Of a stretch of 64,000 nt of DNA, positions 1 through 12,511 are shown in pieces. The notes beneath the pieces were generated by a model that did no database searches, was not told where the DNA came from, and saw only the letters and a program-made list of their open reading frames with translations. The stretch's first letter is position 1. The number at the start of each line of letters is the position of its first letter. A program made the translations under genes and the position numbers. This DNA comes from Mobula hypostoma (Eukaryota), in NCBI RefSeq assembly GCF_963921235.1, contig NC_086097.1, positions 230,394,001 through 230,458,000 of the forward strand, written 5' to 3'.

Positions 1-2117
1 GATTGATTAACTTGCAGTACAGTTAGAGTTTGGCAGGTATGGTGTTTTGGGCATCACTGAATCATGGCTGAAAGAATATTATAGCTGGGAGTTTGTCGTC
101 TAGGGATACACATTGTATTGAAAGGACAGGCAGGTAGGCAGAGAGGGTGGGTGACTCTGTTGGTAAAAAAATGAAATCAAATCCTTAGAAAGGGGTGACA
201 TAGTGTCTGAAGGTGTGGGGTCCTTGTGGGTAGAGCAAAGAAACTGCAAGGGTAAAAATTCCTTGATGGGAGTTGTATACAGGCTTCTGAACAGATGTGG
301 GCTACAAATTACAACAGGAGATTTGAAAAAAGACATGTCAAAAGGGCAATGTTACCAAAAACATGGGGGATTTAAATATACAGGTAGATTGTGAAAATCA
401 GCTTGGTGCTTGATCTCTAGAGGGGCAATTTGTAGAATGCCTATCTTTGAGCAGCTTGTGGTTGGGCCCCTCTAGGGGATCAGCTGTTCTGGACTGAGTG
501 TTGTTCAATGAACCAGAATTAATTAGAGAGCTTAAGGTAAAGGAACCCATAGGGGTGGGGGGGATGATCATAATATGATCAAATTCACTCTGAAATTTGA
601 GAAGGAGAAGCTAAAGTCAGATGTATCGATATTCCAGTGGAGTACAGGGAATTACAGAGGCATGAGAGAGGAGCTGGCCAAAGTTGATTGGAAGAGGACA
701 CTAGCAGGGGTGATGACAGAGCAGCAATGGCTGGAATTTTTGTGAGGAATTTGGAAAGCGATTCATAGGTACATCCTAAAGAAGTAGTAGTATTCTAAAG
801 GCAGGATAAAGCAACCATGGCATTCAAAGCCAGCACAAAAGCCAAAAAGAGAGCATATAATAGAGAAAAAAAAGTACGAAGTTAAGAGAATTATGAAGCT
901 TTAAAAAAATAATAGAAGACAACTAAAAAAGTCAAAGATGGAATACGAAGGAAAACTAGCCAATAGTAGAGTTTCTTCAGATATATAAAGAGTCAAAGGG
1001 AGGCAAGAGTACTTATCAGACCTTTGGAAATTGATGCTGGAGAGGTAGTAATCAGAGACAAGGAAATGGCGGATGAACTGAGTAAGTATTTTGCATCAGT
1101 CTTCACTGTGAAAGGCACTAGCAGTATGCTGGAAGTTCAACACTGTCAGAGGGCAGAAGAAAATAAAGTTGCCATTACAAGGGAGGTGATGGGGAAACCT
1201 GGAAGGCCTGAGTCACTTGGACCAGATGGTCTACACCCAAGGGTTCTGAAAGAGGTGGCTGAAAAAACCATGGAGGCATTAGTAATGATCTTTCAAGGAT
1301 CAATAGATTCTGACATGGTTCAGGAAGACTATAAAATTGCAAATGTCACTCCATGAATGGAGAGGGGCAGAAGAAAGGCAGAAGTCAAACATCAGTGGTT
1401 GGGAAGATGTTGGAGTTCACTGTTAAGGATGTGGTTTTGAGGTACTTAGAGGCAATTGATAAAATAGGCAAAAGTCAGCATAGTTGCCTTAAGAAAAAAA
1501 TCTTGCCTGACAAATCTGTTGGAATTCCTTGAAGTAGTAACAAGCAGGGTAGATAAAGAAGAATCAGTGGTTGTTGTGTACTTGGATTTTAAGAGGACTT
1601 TTGATAAGGTGCCAAATATGAGGCTGCTTAACAAGTTGAGAATCCATAGTATGTATTACAGGAAAGACACTAACATGGATAGAGAATTGGCTGATTGGCA
1701 GGAGGCAAAGAGTGGGAATAAAGGAACCCTTTTCTGGTTGGCTGCCAGTGACGAATGGTGTTCCACAGGGGTCTGTGTTGGGACCGCTTCTTTTTACATT
1801 ATATATCAATGATTTTGAATGCTGAAATTGATGGCTTTGTTTGTGGATGATACGAAGATGTGTGGAGGGGCAGGTAGTGTTGACGAAGCAAGAAGGCTGC
1901 AGAAGGACAAGACTAGGAGAATGGGCAAAGGAGTGGCAGATAGAATACAGTGTCAGGAAGTGTATGTTCATGCACTTTGGAAGAAGAAATAAAAGCACAG
2001 ACTATTTTCTAAATGGAAAGAAAATCAAAAATTTGAGGTGTAGAGAAACTTGGGAGTTTTGGCACAGGATTCCCTAAAGGTTAATTTGCAGGTTGAGTCA
2101 GTGGTGAGGAAGGCAAA
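1..2117 (+). mobile_element. Degenerate CR1 LINE ORF2 fragment (endonuclease end through RT)
   Basis: Frameshifted motifs [37 protein letters not shown] (~1757) and LGEWAKEWQ...HFGRRN. Confidence 0.92.
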
Positions 2118-3195
2118 CTGAACCTCAGGGTTGCATATGGTGATATCTAAGTATTTGAATAATACATTTACTTTGAAACAACATTAACAAAAAGCTATAA
2201 TTCAACATTTAACCCTGCAAAGCGATATTTTTGAAGATTTTCAGCCAACTAAACCACAGTAAATTACAAGGGAAGGCAACATACAATAAAGTTTTGACTG
2301 CATACCAAATATGACTGGCTCCAAAAGCATTTTAAATGTAACAATTGGTCTTTGAAGGCTGTACCCAATAGCCCATTATGGTTCATACCCTGAAATGCAG
2401 TTACAGTTTCACAGGTACAGACCCTGACGTCCATGTGGAACTGGCAACAAAGATTTTTTTTTAAATCTCACAAGCAGCTTGTGATTAGAAAAAGAATCAC
2501 AGCTGTAACTGATTCAATAGGTGATCCTGAGGAAGAAAAGAAGATTTCTAAAGAGCTTACTTCCCCCCTCGGCTACAAGATCATCAGCATTGAAAACATC
2601 TGACTGTAAGTGGGGAAAATATTTCTACAAAGCCTTAGATGGAAGCAAATGCTGCTGATTTGCAGTTTTCATGGAAAACATGGAATGTTTTCCAGGTCAC
2701 AGCTCCTCAAATACTAGTAAAAAGCAGAAAAAAACCACATAATCCCACTTGATTAGAAACAGAGCACATAGCATTCAATCACCATTAAAAAAAACCATTG
2801 AGAACGATGTTGGACAGAATTGTAGACTGCCCCAAGCAAAAGCTGCTAAAAATCCCAGACACTTTTCCAGGTGGTGTAAAAATAGGCTCCGATTTAGTCA
2901 CTACAAAATTGTGGCACTGGTATACAATTTTATCCCCAACTCACACAGGGATAGTGTGAATAACACAAATAACGACGTTTGCTCAGCATACAAGCAACCT
3001 TTGCATTAAGGACATACAGTTTACAGAAATCTGACATTAGAGAATACACCAACCCTGCCACATAACCAGCTTCATATTATGGACAAGTCATGATATGGGT
3101 GGTAATGTAGGAACACAACCTTTGCAGTGCAGGGGTCAGTTGGACATCAAACTTCTCTTTCCAATGAGCTAGAATAATTTTAATAGTCTTTGCTA

Positions 3196-3432
3196 TGTTT
3201 TGTAACTTCAAAACATTAAACTAATTCACAGGGAAACCCAGGAGTCCGAAAATGCAGGTCCAACTTTGAGATTACTTTAAGCACCATGCACACATATCAT
3301 GTGGTATTGTGATGATGTCTGCAATTTACACATATAACTGTAAAATGAATTATTTAAACAAACCAGAATGCTTAATCATACAACATATATACAAGATTAC
3401 TTAAATATTACTGAAATATTAAATACACAACA
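3196..3432. mobile_element. Probable solo LTR
   Basis: About 237 bp bounded by TG...CA, with short inverted termini (TGTTTTGTA / TACACAACA, 8 of 9 complementary). No clear TSD. Confidence 0.5.
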
Positions 3433-4109
3433 GTCCTCTGCACTTTCATGTCCATCTTTACAAAAATGTAGATTGTGGTCACACAATACTGCTGGAGTCA
3501 AAATCTATTTTTTTGAAATAAAAATAGTAAATATTGAAAATACTCAAGCCATGCAGCATCTACAGAAAGAAAAAGTTATAATTTCAGAGTAACGATATTC
3601 ACCAGCACTAGAATTAAAATTTTTGACACAGGAATAATCCCATTTATAGCAATAAGTATGCAACAGCAATAGATTTTCAAGCAGCCACACCTATAACTTA
3701 AAGTAATGTCTCTAAAGGAAATACATCCTGCAGTAACTTAATAGCATCAAGGAATAGTCCCAAATATGTGAAAGATTATAGCTGATGACAATTATTTCAA
3801 AACTGTTACTTCATATCATCTGATTTTCAGATGTTAATTCTTACTTTGCTATTTCCACAATTCAAATGACAGGTTACTTTAAGTTTCATCAAACGAGACA
3901 ATTAGCAGTAATTTATGGTTTGTGTGGTTCCTTAGGTTTGTCGTAGCTGGGGGATAAGCTCCCACTACTCATTAAGTACTCCCAATAGCATAAGTCTCAA
4001 ATAGCCTCTGGTAACTAAGTCCAGCTCCTGGGGTGCTTGCTGCCTGGGAAATAGCTTGCTCTCCATATTGTACTGCCCTGGCTTGCATATTTCTCCAAAA
4101 GCTGACTTG

Positions 4110-4635
4110 TTATAACTGACTTAATTATACACTGGGCTCTACAGAGGGTAGTCGAAACTACCCACACATCACCAGCCTACCCGTCTTCAAGTACGTACGA
4201 TATACACAGAAAGGTGCCGGGAAAAGGCCAGCAATATCATGAAGGATCCCACCCATCCTGCTCATGTACTGTTTGTCCCACTCCCACCAGGGAAGAGGCT
4301 ACAGAGCATCCATACCAGACCAGCAGACTCAAAACCAGTTAACTTCCCCAAGCAACAAGACTGATCAACACCTCCACCCACTAACCCACCCCTCCGCACC
4401 ACGATATTCTCACTTCCTGTCAGAGTCCCCTGACGTACAGACATTCCCGTGCCTAGCGTCACTTTATGTAAATACAAGCAAGGCATACAATCTATCTTAT
4501 CGTTTATATTTATTGTGTTTTTAAAAATTTTTGTGTTATCTTAGTGGTATTTTTGCACTGCATTGGATTCCAAGTGACAATTATTTTGTTCTTCTTTGCA
4601 ATTGTGTATAGGAAATGAAATTAAACACTCTTGAA
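4110..4635 (+). mobile_element. Rex1/Babar-type LINE 3' fragment
   Basis: Decayed LQRVV...KASNIMKDPTHPAH.LF.PLP.G-type C-terminus plus an AT-rich 3' UTR, shared with other copies in the window. Confidence 0.7.
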
Positions 4636-4741
4636 TTATAATCCATATTACTGGAAATCTCAAGCACCTTGACACATCAGTTTGAAGTTAACTAGGCCTC
4701 AGGCCTCATTCAGGATGTACGCTTCTGAGCTTCTGGGAAAG

Positions 4742-5388
4742 CAGACACCCCACCCTGCAAAAACTCATTTCAGGGAGGTAGCACCATCAATTTGCGGGAG
4801 ACTTCCGGGAGAGGTGGGATGTCTGCAATAGAATAGCTCCTTAGCAGCTGGCCAGCTAGTTTAAATAACGTTAGCTATGCTAATAAACGAATGACACCTG
4901 TTAAACTCACCTCAACATGTCTTTTACAGTCTTAACCCACCATGGGCAATAGAAAAGTCACTATTGCAAACAGTGCAGCGAGCAACACTGTCATTATTTT
5001 GACCCCTATTAGGCAGGGGTACACCTTAGTGTAGTCTGGGGTGACGTACGTTTTATATTTTTTTGGAACACTCTGCCATGGCGTGCTCTCGCTCGCTCTC
5101 TCTCTCTCGTGGTCGCTCGCGTGCTCTCAAGCGCTTTCGCTTGCTTTGCCTCTCGCTCTCTCCCCTCTCTCTCTCTCCCTCTCGCTTTCTCGCTTGCTCA
5201 CACGCTCGCTTGCCTTTGCCTTCGCTCTCGCTCGCGCGCTGTTGCTTGCTCGTGCTCTCTCTTGCTTTTCTTTTGCTCGCTCTCAAAAAAATTGATTTCC
5301 GTGATATTGTATATAATTGGCGGGCATCAGGGAGCCACTATTCATATGCGGGAGACTCCCAGAAGTTCCGGGAGAGGTGGGATGTCTG
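4742..5388 (+). mobile_element. Non-autonomous TIR DNA transposon, copy A (composite with three TIRs)
   Basis: Starts CAGACACCCCACC and ends GGTGGGATGTCTG. 6-bp TSD GGAAAG at 4736-4741 and 5389-5394. An extra internal right TIR ends at 4825. CT/CTCG low-complexity tract at ~5085-5285. Confidence 0.9.
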
Positions 5389-5606
5389 GGAAAGACGCAT
5401 ATGGGCAAAGGTTAGAATTAGGACAACGAGGCTGGCATCAGCTGGATGCCAGTGTAGAGTGGGCATATCTCAGCAGGGTCTTGCAAGTGGACAAGAAGAT
5501 GAAGCTTAGGCTTTCCTGAAGAACACAGCAGAGCAGCCTAGTCCTCCAAGCCCATGGACTAAACTAGGCCTCTGCTGAAATTAACCTTTTTAGAAAAGAG
5601 CATACT

Positions 5607-6222
5607 CAGATATCCCACCTCTCCCGGAAGTTTCGGGAGTCTCCCACATATTGATAGCAGCTCCCTGACGCCCGGAAATTATATACAATATCCCGGAAAT
5701 CGATTTTTTTTGAGAGGGAGAGCAAGAGCAAGCATCCTGATTGGTCTCCCTTCGTGCTAAGTAGACCTATCAGTTTTCTCTGTGGGCAGGCTTTATAGCC
5801 GACCTCAAAAATAATGACAGTGTTGCTCGCTGCACTGTTTGCAACAGTGACTTTTCTATTGCCCATGGTGGGTTAAAATATAAAAGACATGTTGAGGTGA
5901 GTTTAACAGGTGTCATTCGTTCATTAGCATAGCTAACGTTATTTAAACTAGCTGGCTGGCTACTAAGGAGCTACTCTATTGATGTCCTACGTGATGAGGC
6001 CAAACTCCCTGTAGACGTGCTTAAATTGTAATAGAATAAACATGATAATATAAGTACATATTTACATATTTTAATGTCACATTTTCTGCATATACGCAAC
6101 TTGGTTTACAGATTAGACAAAATCACTAAACAAAGTATTACCCTTGAAGGTCGACTGGGGGGAGGATATGGGGGCGGGGGTGCTACCTCCTTGAAATGAG
6201 TTTTTGCAGGGTGGGATGTCTG
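5607..6222 (-). mobile_element. Non-autonomous TIR DNA transposon, copy B (inverted relative to A)
   Basis: Starts CAGATATCCCACC and ends GGTGGGATGTCTG. 6-bp TSD CATACT at 5601-5606 and 6223-6228. Internal blocks are reverse complements of copy A. Confidence 0.92.
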
Positions 6223-6399
6223 CATACTTGTGAGGCACAAAGTTATGTGCAAAAGGGAGACTCTGGAGACTTGTATGCACAGACTAAAGAAATTTGGAAA
6301 TTCCAGAACTCAGATCCTTTGCATGGGTTAATAGCGCATAATGGCGGCTCCTTTGCCTGCATCTTCAGAAACAAATTTTTTTCCATCTTTAATATCTCT

Positions 6400-7125
6400 A
6401 TTTTTCCCTTTCAGGGTTCTTTTAAAAACCCTGACCTGGATTTACATGCTGACTACCGTTCTTTGCAGGAATGGGACTCGGGGTTTCACAACTGGCCGCT
6501 GTTCGGCACGCCAAGGGCTCGGCTTAAGAGCTTCACTCACCTTCGGAGGACTGAGTTTTCATGGCTCTGGTGACGGGGGGATCGGAGGTTAGCGTCTGAG
6601 CAGAAGACCAGTGTGTCGGGGGAGACGGAAGATCTAAGGCTGTGTGCCCAGAGACCCAAGATCTTTGGGCACAGAGCTCAAAAAAGCAATGCAATGGACT
6701 TTTAACATCGTGAACCAGCGAGTTGTTTGTTATGTTTCCCCTCTCTCAGTGAAACAGAGACACCTCTTTCTCCCTTATTAGGGAGGAAGAGAGAGCCTGT
6801 GGTATGTTGAATGCTGGGTGAACAACGTAGTCTTTGGGGTAACTGCAAGTCTGTGTCTTTGTTGTTGCCTTGCTCACACTTGAGTGCTCGGTGGCGGGAG
6901 CCGATGCTTGTTTTTTTGCTGGTGGGAGCAGAGGGGATTGTTGCTTGCTGCCACTTATGCACAGGAGGGAGGGGAGCTGGGGGGTACTTTGGGGTTCTAA
7001 TATTTAATTGTCGTTCATGCTTTGGGGGCACTCCTCTGTTTTTGTGGATGGTTGTGAAGAAAAAGCATTTCAGGATGTATATTGTATACATTTCTCTGAC
7101 ATTAAATGTACCCTTGAAACCTTCA
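6400..7125 (+). repeat. Interspersed non-LTR-like repeat; related copy on the minus strand at ~51395-51900
   Basis: Shared 3' end (AAGCATTTCAGGATGTATATTGTATACATTTCTCTGACATTAAATG versus the reverse complement of 51398-51450) and G-rich subterminal tracts. Family not identified; 5' boundary approximate. Confidence 0.55.
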
Positions 7126-7238
7126 TTAAATTTGGGATTGACAAAGAAACTTGAATTGGAGAAATACTGATTTTTCAATGGTGATACATGGATGGTTAAG
7201 GGAGGGGAAGATAAAGTGTCACGAAACAGCACATTTGC

Positions 7239-7299
7239 TTGGGGTTCCCAAACTGTTTTATGCCATGGACCAATAACATTCCCAGCTTGGGAACCTCTG
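7239..7299. mobile_element. hAT-type mini-MITE (degenerate)
   Basis: GGGGTTCCCAAAC...TGCCATGGACCAATA...TTGGGAACCTCTG; same family as 21013-21092 and 59890-59972. Confidence 0.7.
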
Positions 7300-8119
7300 A
7301 AATGGAAGTCAGTGTAGTTCACTAAATACAACAGTGGCAATGGTCACTGGAGACACATCATCTTAGTTCCTGAATATCTCCATCCACATATTTCAGGGCA
7401 ATATTTTAGGCCAAATCACAAAAAAAAACACTAAACCGAGGAAGAAATAGACCACCAGGCTCCTCAAGCACGTCCCACCATTCAGAATGATCTACGCAGG
7501 CCTCAACTCCTGTTCTGTGCCTCTTCCCATCACTTCAAACATGTATCTATCTCCACAAATCTCTCTGATGATCTGGCCGCCATCACCCTCAGGAACAGAA
7601 TTCCAGACATTCAGTACCTCAAAGAAATGTCAATGCACCTCAGTTTGAAGTGACTGACTCCTTATTTTGCAACTCAGTCCCTTTGTTTGTAATATCCTCT
7701 TCACTGCTCCATTAATAACATTCTTCTCAACAAGTAAGTCAGGTGTGAGGAAGTTCAGTTATTGTGTACCATGTTCAATCCCATTCCTATCTCTTGAGTA
7801 ATCAGTCCATGCCGGCATGTAGCAAAACCCAGACCATTTTCTGGCATTAGTCAATGTTGTGACAAGTAACATTTGCACCCAAAAGTGCCAGACTTTGAAC
7901 TTTTCCAATAAGTAAAAGTCCAACCACCTACCTTTGATTTTCAAAGTTAGTAATATAATTGGGCTCCTGCCATCTACATTCTGGGGGCTATCGATTGCTA
8001 GCAATTCAAATAAATCTGCCACATAAACATTGCAAATACAAGAGCAAGTCAGGGCTTAAGGTGATATCCTTGATATCCTAAAGCTTTTCCACCATCTACC
8101 AGGTACAAGTCAATCTCTG

Positions 8120-8272
8120 AAGAGTATTGATAATGGCTGGGGTCACCTGTCTTGTAAAGACACTGACCAGAAGAAGGCAATGGCAAACCGTTTCAGTAGA
8201 AAAAAACACCAAGAACAATCATGGTCATGACCACAAGTGTCCATATCATACAACAGGGCACATAATGATGAT
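8120..8272 (+). repeat. RTE-tail-type SINE/LINE 3' fragment
   Basis: GGCAATGGCAAACC motif and an ATGATGATG tail; reverse-complement homolog at 30515-30910. Confidence 0.55.
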
Positions 8273-9248
8273 GGCTAGGCACCTCACAGGAATATGATGG
8301 AAAATACACCACTTGTCTGGAGGATCGCAGCTAAAACCACACTCTAACTCAAAACCAGCAAGCGCAAAGCATCCTCCTGTGCTGGTACCCCAACCGCCCT
8401 AAACCACTAGCACACAGTACTATCTAATAAACACACTGCAGTTACACATTTAACTCATTTGGCGCTGCTAAAACCCATGATCTTTACTAACACGGACAGC
8501 AGATAATTGTGCACCCGCCCAACTTGGATTCCTTCATTGCTGCTGGGTGTAAATTCCAGAATTCTTTCTAGGATTTGCAGAAATATTGAACATTTTTGCT
8601 AGAAGGGGACACCACCCTCTTAATACAATTCATATTGGGTAATAAATGACTTTGAGGAGAGTTACAAAAGGACTTTGGTCATTTCTGAAATTATGTTCTC
8701 ATTACTGCAGGTCATCAACTAAACATCATTATTCAGAGTGCTTCTTATCATGGTCTTTTACACATCCTATTCTTCGCCTGTACTCTTCTCTTAAAATAGT
8801 TCTGGTTGATTTATAAATACCACAATAAAAGAATTTTAAAACCTCACAATATGCATAGATATATGTGGCAAGAGACTTATTACTTCATAAAACTGTTCTC
8901 AAAGTGGCATCTGTCACCAATTCCACAACATCATCAGAAATAATTTCATGCAACATTGTAGAAGGCCCAAATAAACCTTTCTGGTTGTACAACTCTGTAT
9001 ATTTATCTGTGTGTCAGTTACCCTTTCCATTATACGTTAAACCTGCTTACTAAAAATAACTTGAGTTTCAGAATTAAATTTAAGGGTAGCATACCAGGAA
9101 GAGTCCAACACAATATATCTGATTTAAGGTTTCATGAACCATGCCACAAAGGAGCAGGAAATGTTACCTCTCGTTTAAGACAATATATGTTCATAATTAT
9201 AAAGATCATGGAACAGGTTGCTAATGCGAACGTGAATAATCTCCTTAC

Positions 9249-9458
9249 CTCAACTTCGCATGTATACTCAGAACCATCCAGAAGGGTAACCTTGCACAGC
9301 ATGTTCTTTGGCTTTTTGACTACTTTCAGAGGAGATTTGGATAACTTGCTAGAAGAGGATTTTTGGGAGAGCTTGTCGTCCTCAGTCTGGTAGTCTTCCT
9401 GTTGTCCCACAGTAACTTTACCAGAAGCTCCGTCTGCCTCTTTCTCACATTCACCAGT
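9249..9458 (-). CDS. EPB41L3: Band 4.1-like protein 3, second coding exon (end of U1 region and start of FERM domain)
   Basis: Encodes TGECEKE...EDDKLSQKSSSSKLSKSPLKVVKKPKNMLCKVTLLDGSEYTCEVE, closely matching 4.1B as I recall it (EDDKLSQKSSSSKLSRSPLKIVKKPK...CKVILLDGSEYTCDVE). 210 nt, phase 0-0, donor GAG|GTAAGG at 9249/9248. The acceptor (gattAG at 9459) is less certain. Confidence 0.92.
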
Positions 9459-10121
9459 CTAATCATATGATTAGGTAATTAGTCTCTTATTAGCATGATC
9501 TATCCAAAAATTCAATGTTTAGTGCAAACTATATAATGTTACTCACAAGCATCATTTAACTGCAAAAACATTTTAAAACCATATTTACTAAGATCAGTGC
9601 TTCATTTTTATGAGCAAGTATTTAATGAGAAGTCTGGGAAAGTGATTTCTAAAGATCAAAAATAAAGAGGTAATTAAATCAAAATGGTACAGCAAAAGAT
9701 ACAGTTTACTGTCTCCCATTATACCTATGCCAGCTCCTCACCAGAGTAACCTAAAATTAATAGTATCATCGGACCTTTCCTACCACTGCTCCCTCCTCAG
9801 TATCACACAGGCAGCATCTTCATCCATGGATTAAGTTATCTTGTTTACTTGTTTAGTTATAATTTTCAATTTGGATGACCCTCACTGCTAATTTCTCAAT
9901 CAGAAAAGAAACTATTTTTGTTTGATTAGAACAATCTTTAACATGTTGTTAAAACATAGCATTTTCAGAATTACTATTGTATAAGCCCTATTTCCTAATG
10001 TGATAATATTATTTACTTTTGATAGTCTCAAGGGATTTTGTGGTAGAAAGAATTTTTTAAAAAATTCGACCTATATCCCACTTAATTACCTTCTTTTAAT
10101 ATTAAGCTGCCATTTAGGCAG

Positions 10122-10330
10122 TAGACACAAAATGCTGGAGAAACTCAGCAGGTCAAGCAGCATCTATGAAGAGGAACAGAGTCAACGTTTTGGGAGGAGA
10201 CACACCATCAGGATCTCGGCCCGACATTGATTTGTTATTCATCTCCATAAGATGCTGTCTGATTCTGAGTTCCTTCAGAATTTTGTGTGCGTGTGTTACG
10301 CTGGATTTCCAGCACCTGCAGAATCTCTTG
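10122..10330. mobile_element. Penelope-like element 3' ends as an inverted pair
   Basis: CACAAAATGCTGGAGAAACTCAG...CAGCATCT is mirrored by AGATGCTG...CTGAGTTCCTTCAGAATTTTGTG. The junction lies in the hammerhead motif (~10213). Confidence 0.75.
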
Positions 10331-10749
10331 CAGAAGAATGGGTTTTTAAACATTTGTGGGTCAGCTGATATGCACTCTCATCCAAGGAACAGACATTTCC
10401 AGCCAGTTAAGGAAGCACCCAGTTTAACTGGTGAGAAACACCGAAGCAACAAGCAGGCAGATGAGTGTGCACGAGTTCAGCCAGCATAGATTCAATGCAT
10501 CAAATCACCTCCTGCAGTATTACAAATCCAAGTATACATTTTGCCTGCTTCGCTTCAGCAGATGTTCAGTATATTTTCTGGTGCTACAGTTTATCATGCC
10601 TTATTTTATCCTGGGGCATCTTCACTTAAAGGCTTGAATGTCACTTTTATTTAGAGGGTGACGAATGTTCAAAAAGTTGCACTAACAGTAACCTAAAGTC
10701 CTATTTGACATTGAGTTTGTTAATTCTAATATTCTCATTTAACCACCAT

Positions 10750-11200
10750 TGAACATTTGCATAGAGCGCTGCCACAAGAAAGCAGCACCCAACAAAGACA
10801 CCCACCATCCAAGGCCACGCTCTTTTCTTGCTACTATAATAGGGCAAAACATACAGGAGCTTTAGGTCCCACACCATCAGGCTCAGGAACAGTTATTACC
10901 CTTCAATCATCAGGCTCCTGAACCGGTGTGGATAACTTCACTCACCTCAACACTGAACTGATTCCACAACCTGCGGACTCACTTTCAAGGACTCTACAAC
11001 TCATGTTATCAGTATTATTTATTTTTTAATTGCACAACTTGTCTTTTGCATAGTTGTTTGTCAGTCTCTATGTATAGTCTTTAATAAATTACATTGTACT
11101 TTTAAAATTTTCCTGCAAATAGCTGAAACAAAGTGAATCTCAAGGCAGTTTATGATAACATACAGTATGTACTTTGAGAATAAATTTACTTTGACTTTGA
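10750..11200 (+). mobile_element. Rex1/Babar LINE 3' fragment
   Basis: RCHKKAA...KDTHHP-like remnant, CAGGAACAGTTATTACCC, and a 3' tail AATAAATTTACTTTGACTTTGA. Confidence 0.75.
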
Positions 11201-12511
11201 ATGTATTCTCTAAATCCTTCCTCACTTTTGCAGCATAAAGTTGCAATATCACATTAAATATCTGAACAAAAAGGGAGACCCAATACTGATCAAAAATACT
11301 AACATTTTATCTCTTCTAATTAAAGTAATTCTCATTCACCTGACTCCATAGTATACACATATTTTTATTTACACTGTTATAATTCATATTCATTAGTAAT
11401 GGGGTGTCCCGTGCAGCATCAAAGGCACACAAAAGCCCTGCAGGCGTCACACTAACAGCTTCAGAAACGCCTGAGCACAAAATATGTAGGTGATCTCCAT
11501 TTAACCAGACATGTACATGCAATCAGATCACAAAGCAAGGTTTCCATTCTAAGCCACGTCATACATGGAGACCATAAAGAAGGTGGAAAACACTCACTTC
11601 CAACGATAAGAAATGGAAGGCAATGACCCAGTCTAAACTCCAATAGCACAAGAGCATGACATTACTCCCTGCATGACATTACTTCCTTCCCCAAGCCTTG
11701 GAGACACCATTTCACTCCCCTTGATCTCAGTATTGCCTGGAGTTATAGAAAAGTACAGCACAGAAACAGACCTTTTGGCCCATCTAGTTCATGCTGAAAC
11801 CATTGAAACTGCTTATTCCCATCGACCTGCAGAGGGACCATAGCCCACCATACTCGTACCATCCATGTACCTATCCAAACTTCTCTTTGGATTGAAATCG
11901 AGCTCGTCCTGGCAGACTGTTCTACTAAGTAGGACACTTGCCCAAATTAAACTAAAATTAGTACAGGTAATTCTTTGTCAGAGACTGCACAGATACTCTC
12001 TCAAATTTCAGACAATTCAGTCCACAGCCGTGGAAAGAAGTGGAGGGGGGTTTGGGTAAGTCCATGTACATTAATTGCGAATGAGTGTTTAATACTGTAA
12101 TAAATCAAAATGCATCAATTAAGCTTTCCATAAAAAGCTTGAGTGGTTAGAAAACCTAGGTTTTTTTTTTAAAAAGATCTATTTGAGAAATTAACTCTGC
12201 AGACAACAGGAGATTAACTTTCAGTCAGTTTGTCACCAAAAGCTGCCTAGTTTTACTGCTTTGCAGCCAGGCCAAGGAAGCATTGCCCAAAAATGTAACC
12301 ACTCAACTTGTGTCATTAGATCCAAAAAGGTGGGGCAAAGTCTGCATATACACCTGCAAGGTAAATGAAGGTTTTAAAAAGAGGGGCAAGGTTAGCATCT
12401 CAACGGGTATCTGAAGCTATAAAATGATCAAAATTGCTTTGGTCATTTTTTTTTGTTTTTGGTCACTGCTCAATAGTTTTTGTTTCCTATACAATAGAAA
12501 TTGTTTTTGGT

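Noticed and set aside
5041..5519. Overlapping Ser/Leu/Arg-rich ORFs
   Set aside because: They arise from the CT/CTCG low-complexity tract inside a non-autonomous transposon.
1..9248. Next FERM exon (KRSRGQ..FDKVCEHLNLLEKDYFGL-like)
   Set aside because: I could not find it on the minus strand; it is probably beyond the left edge of the window.
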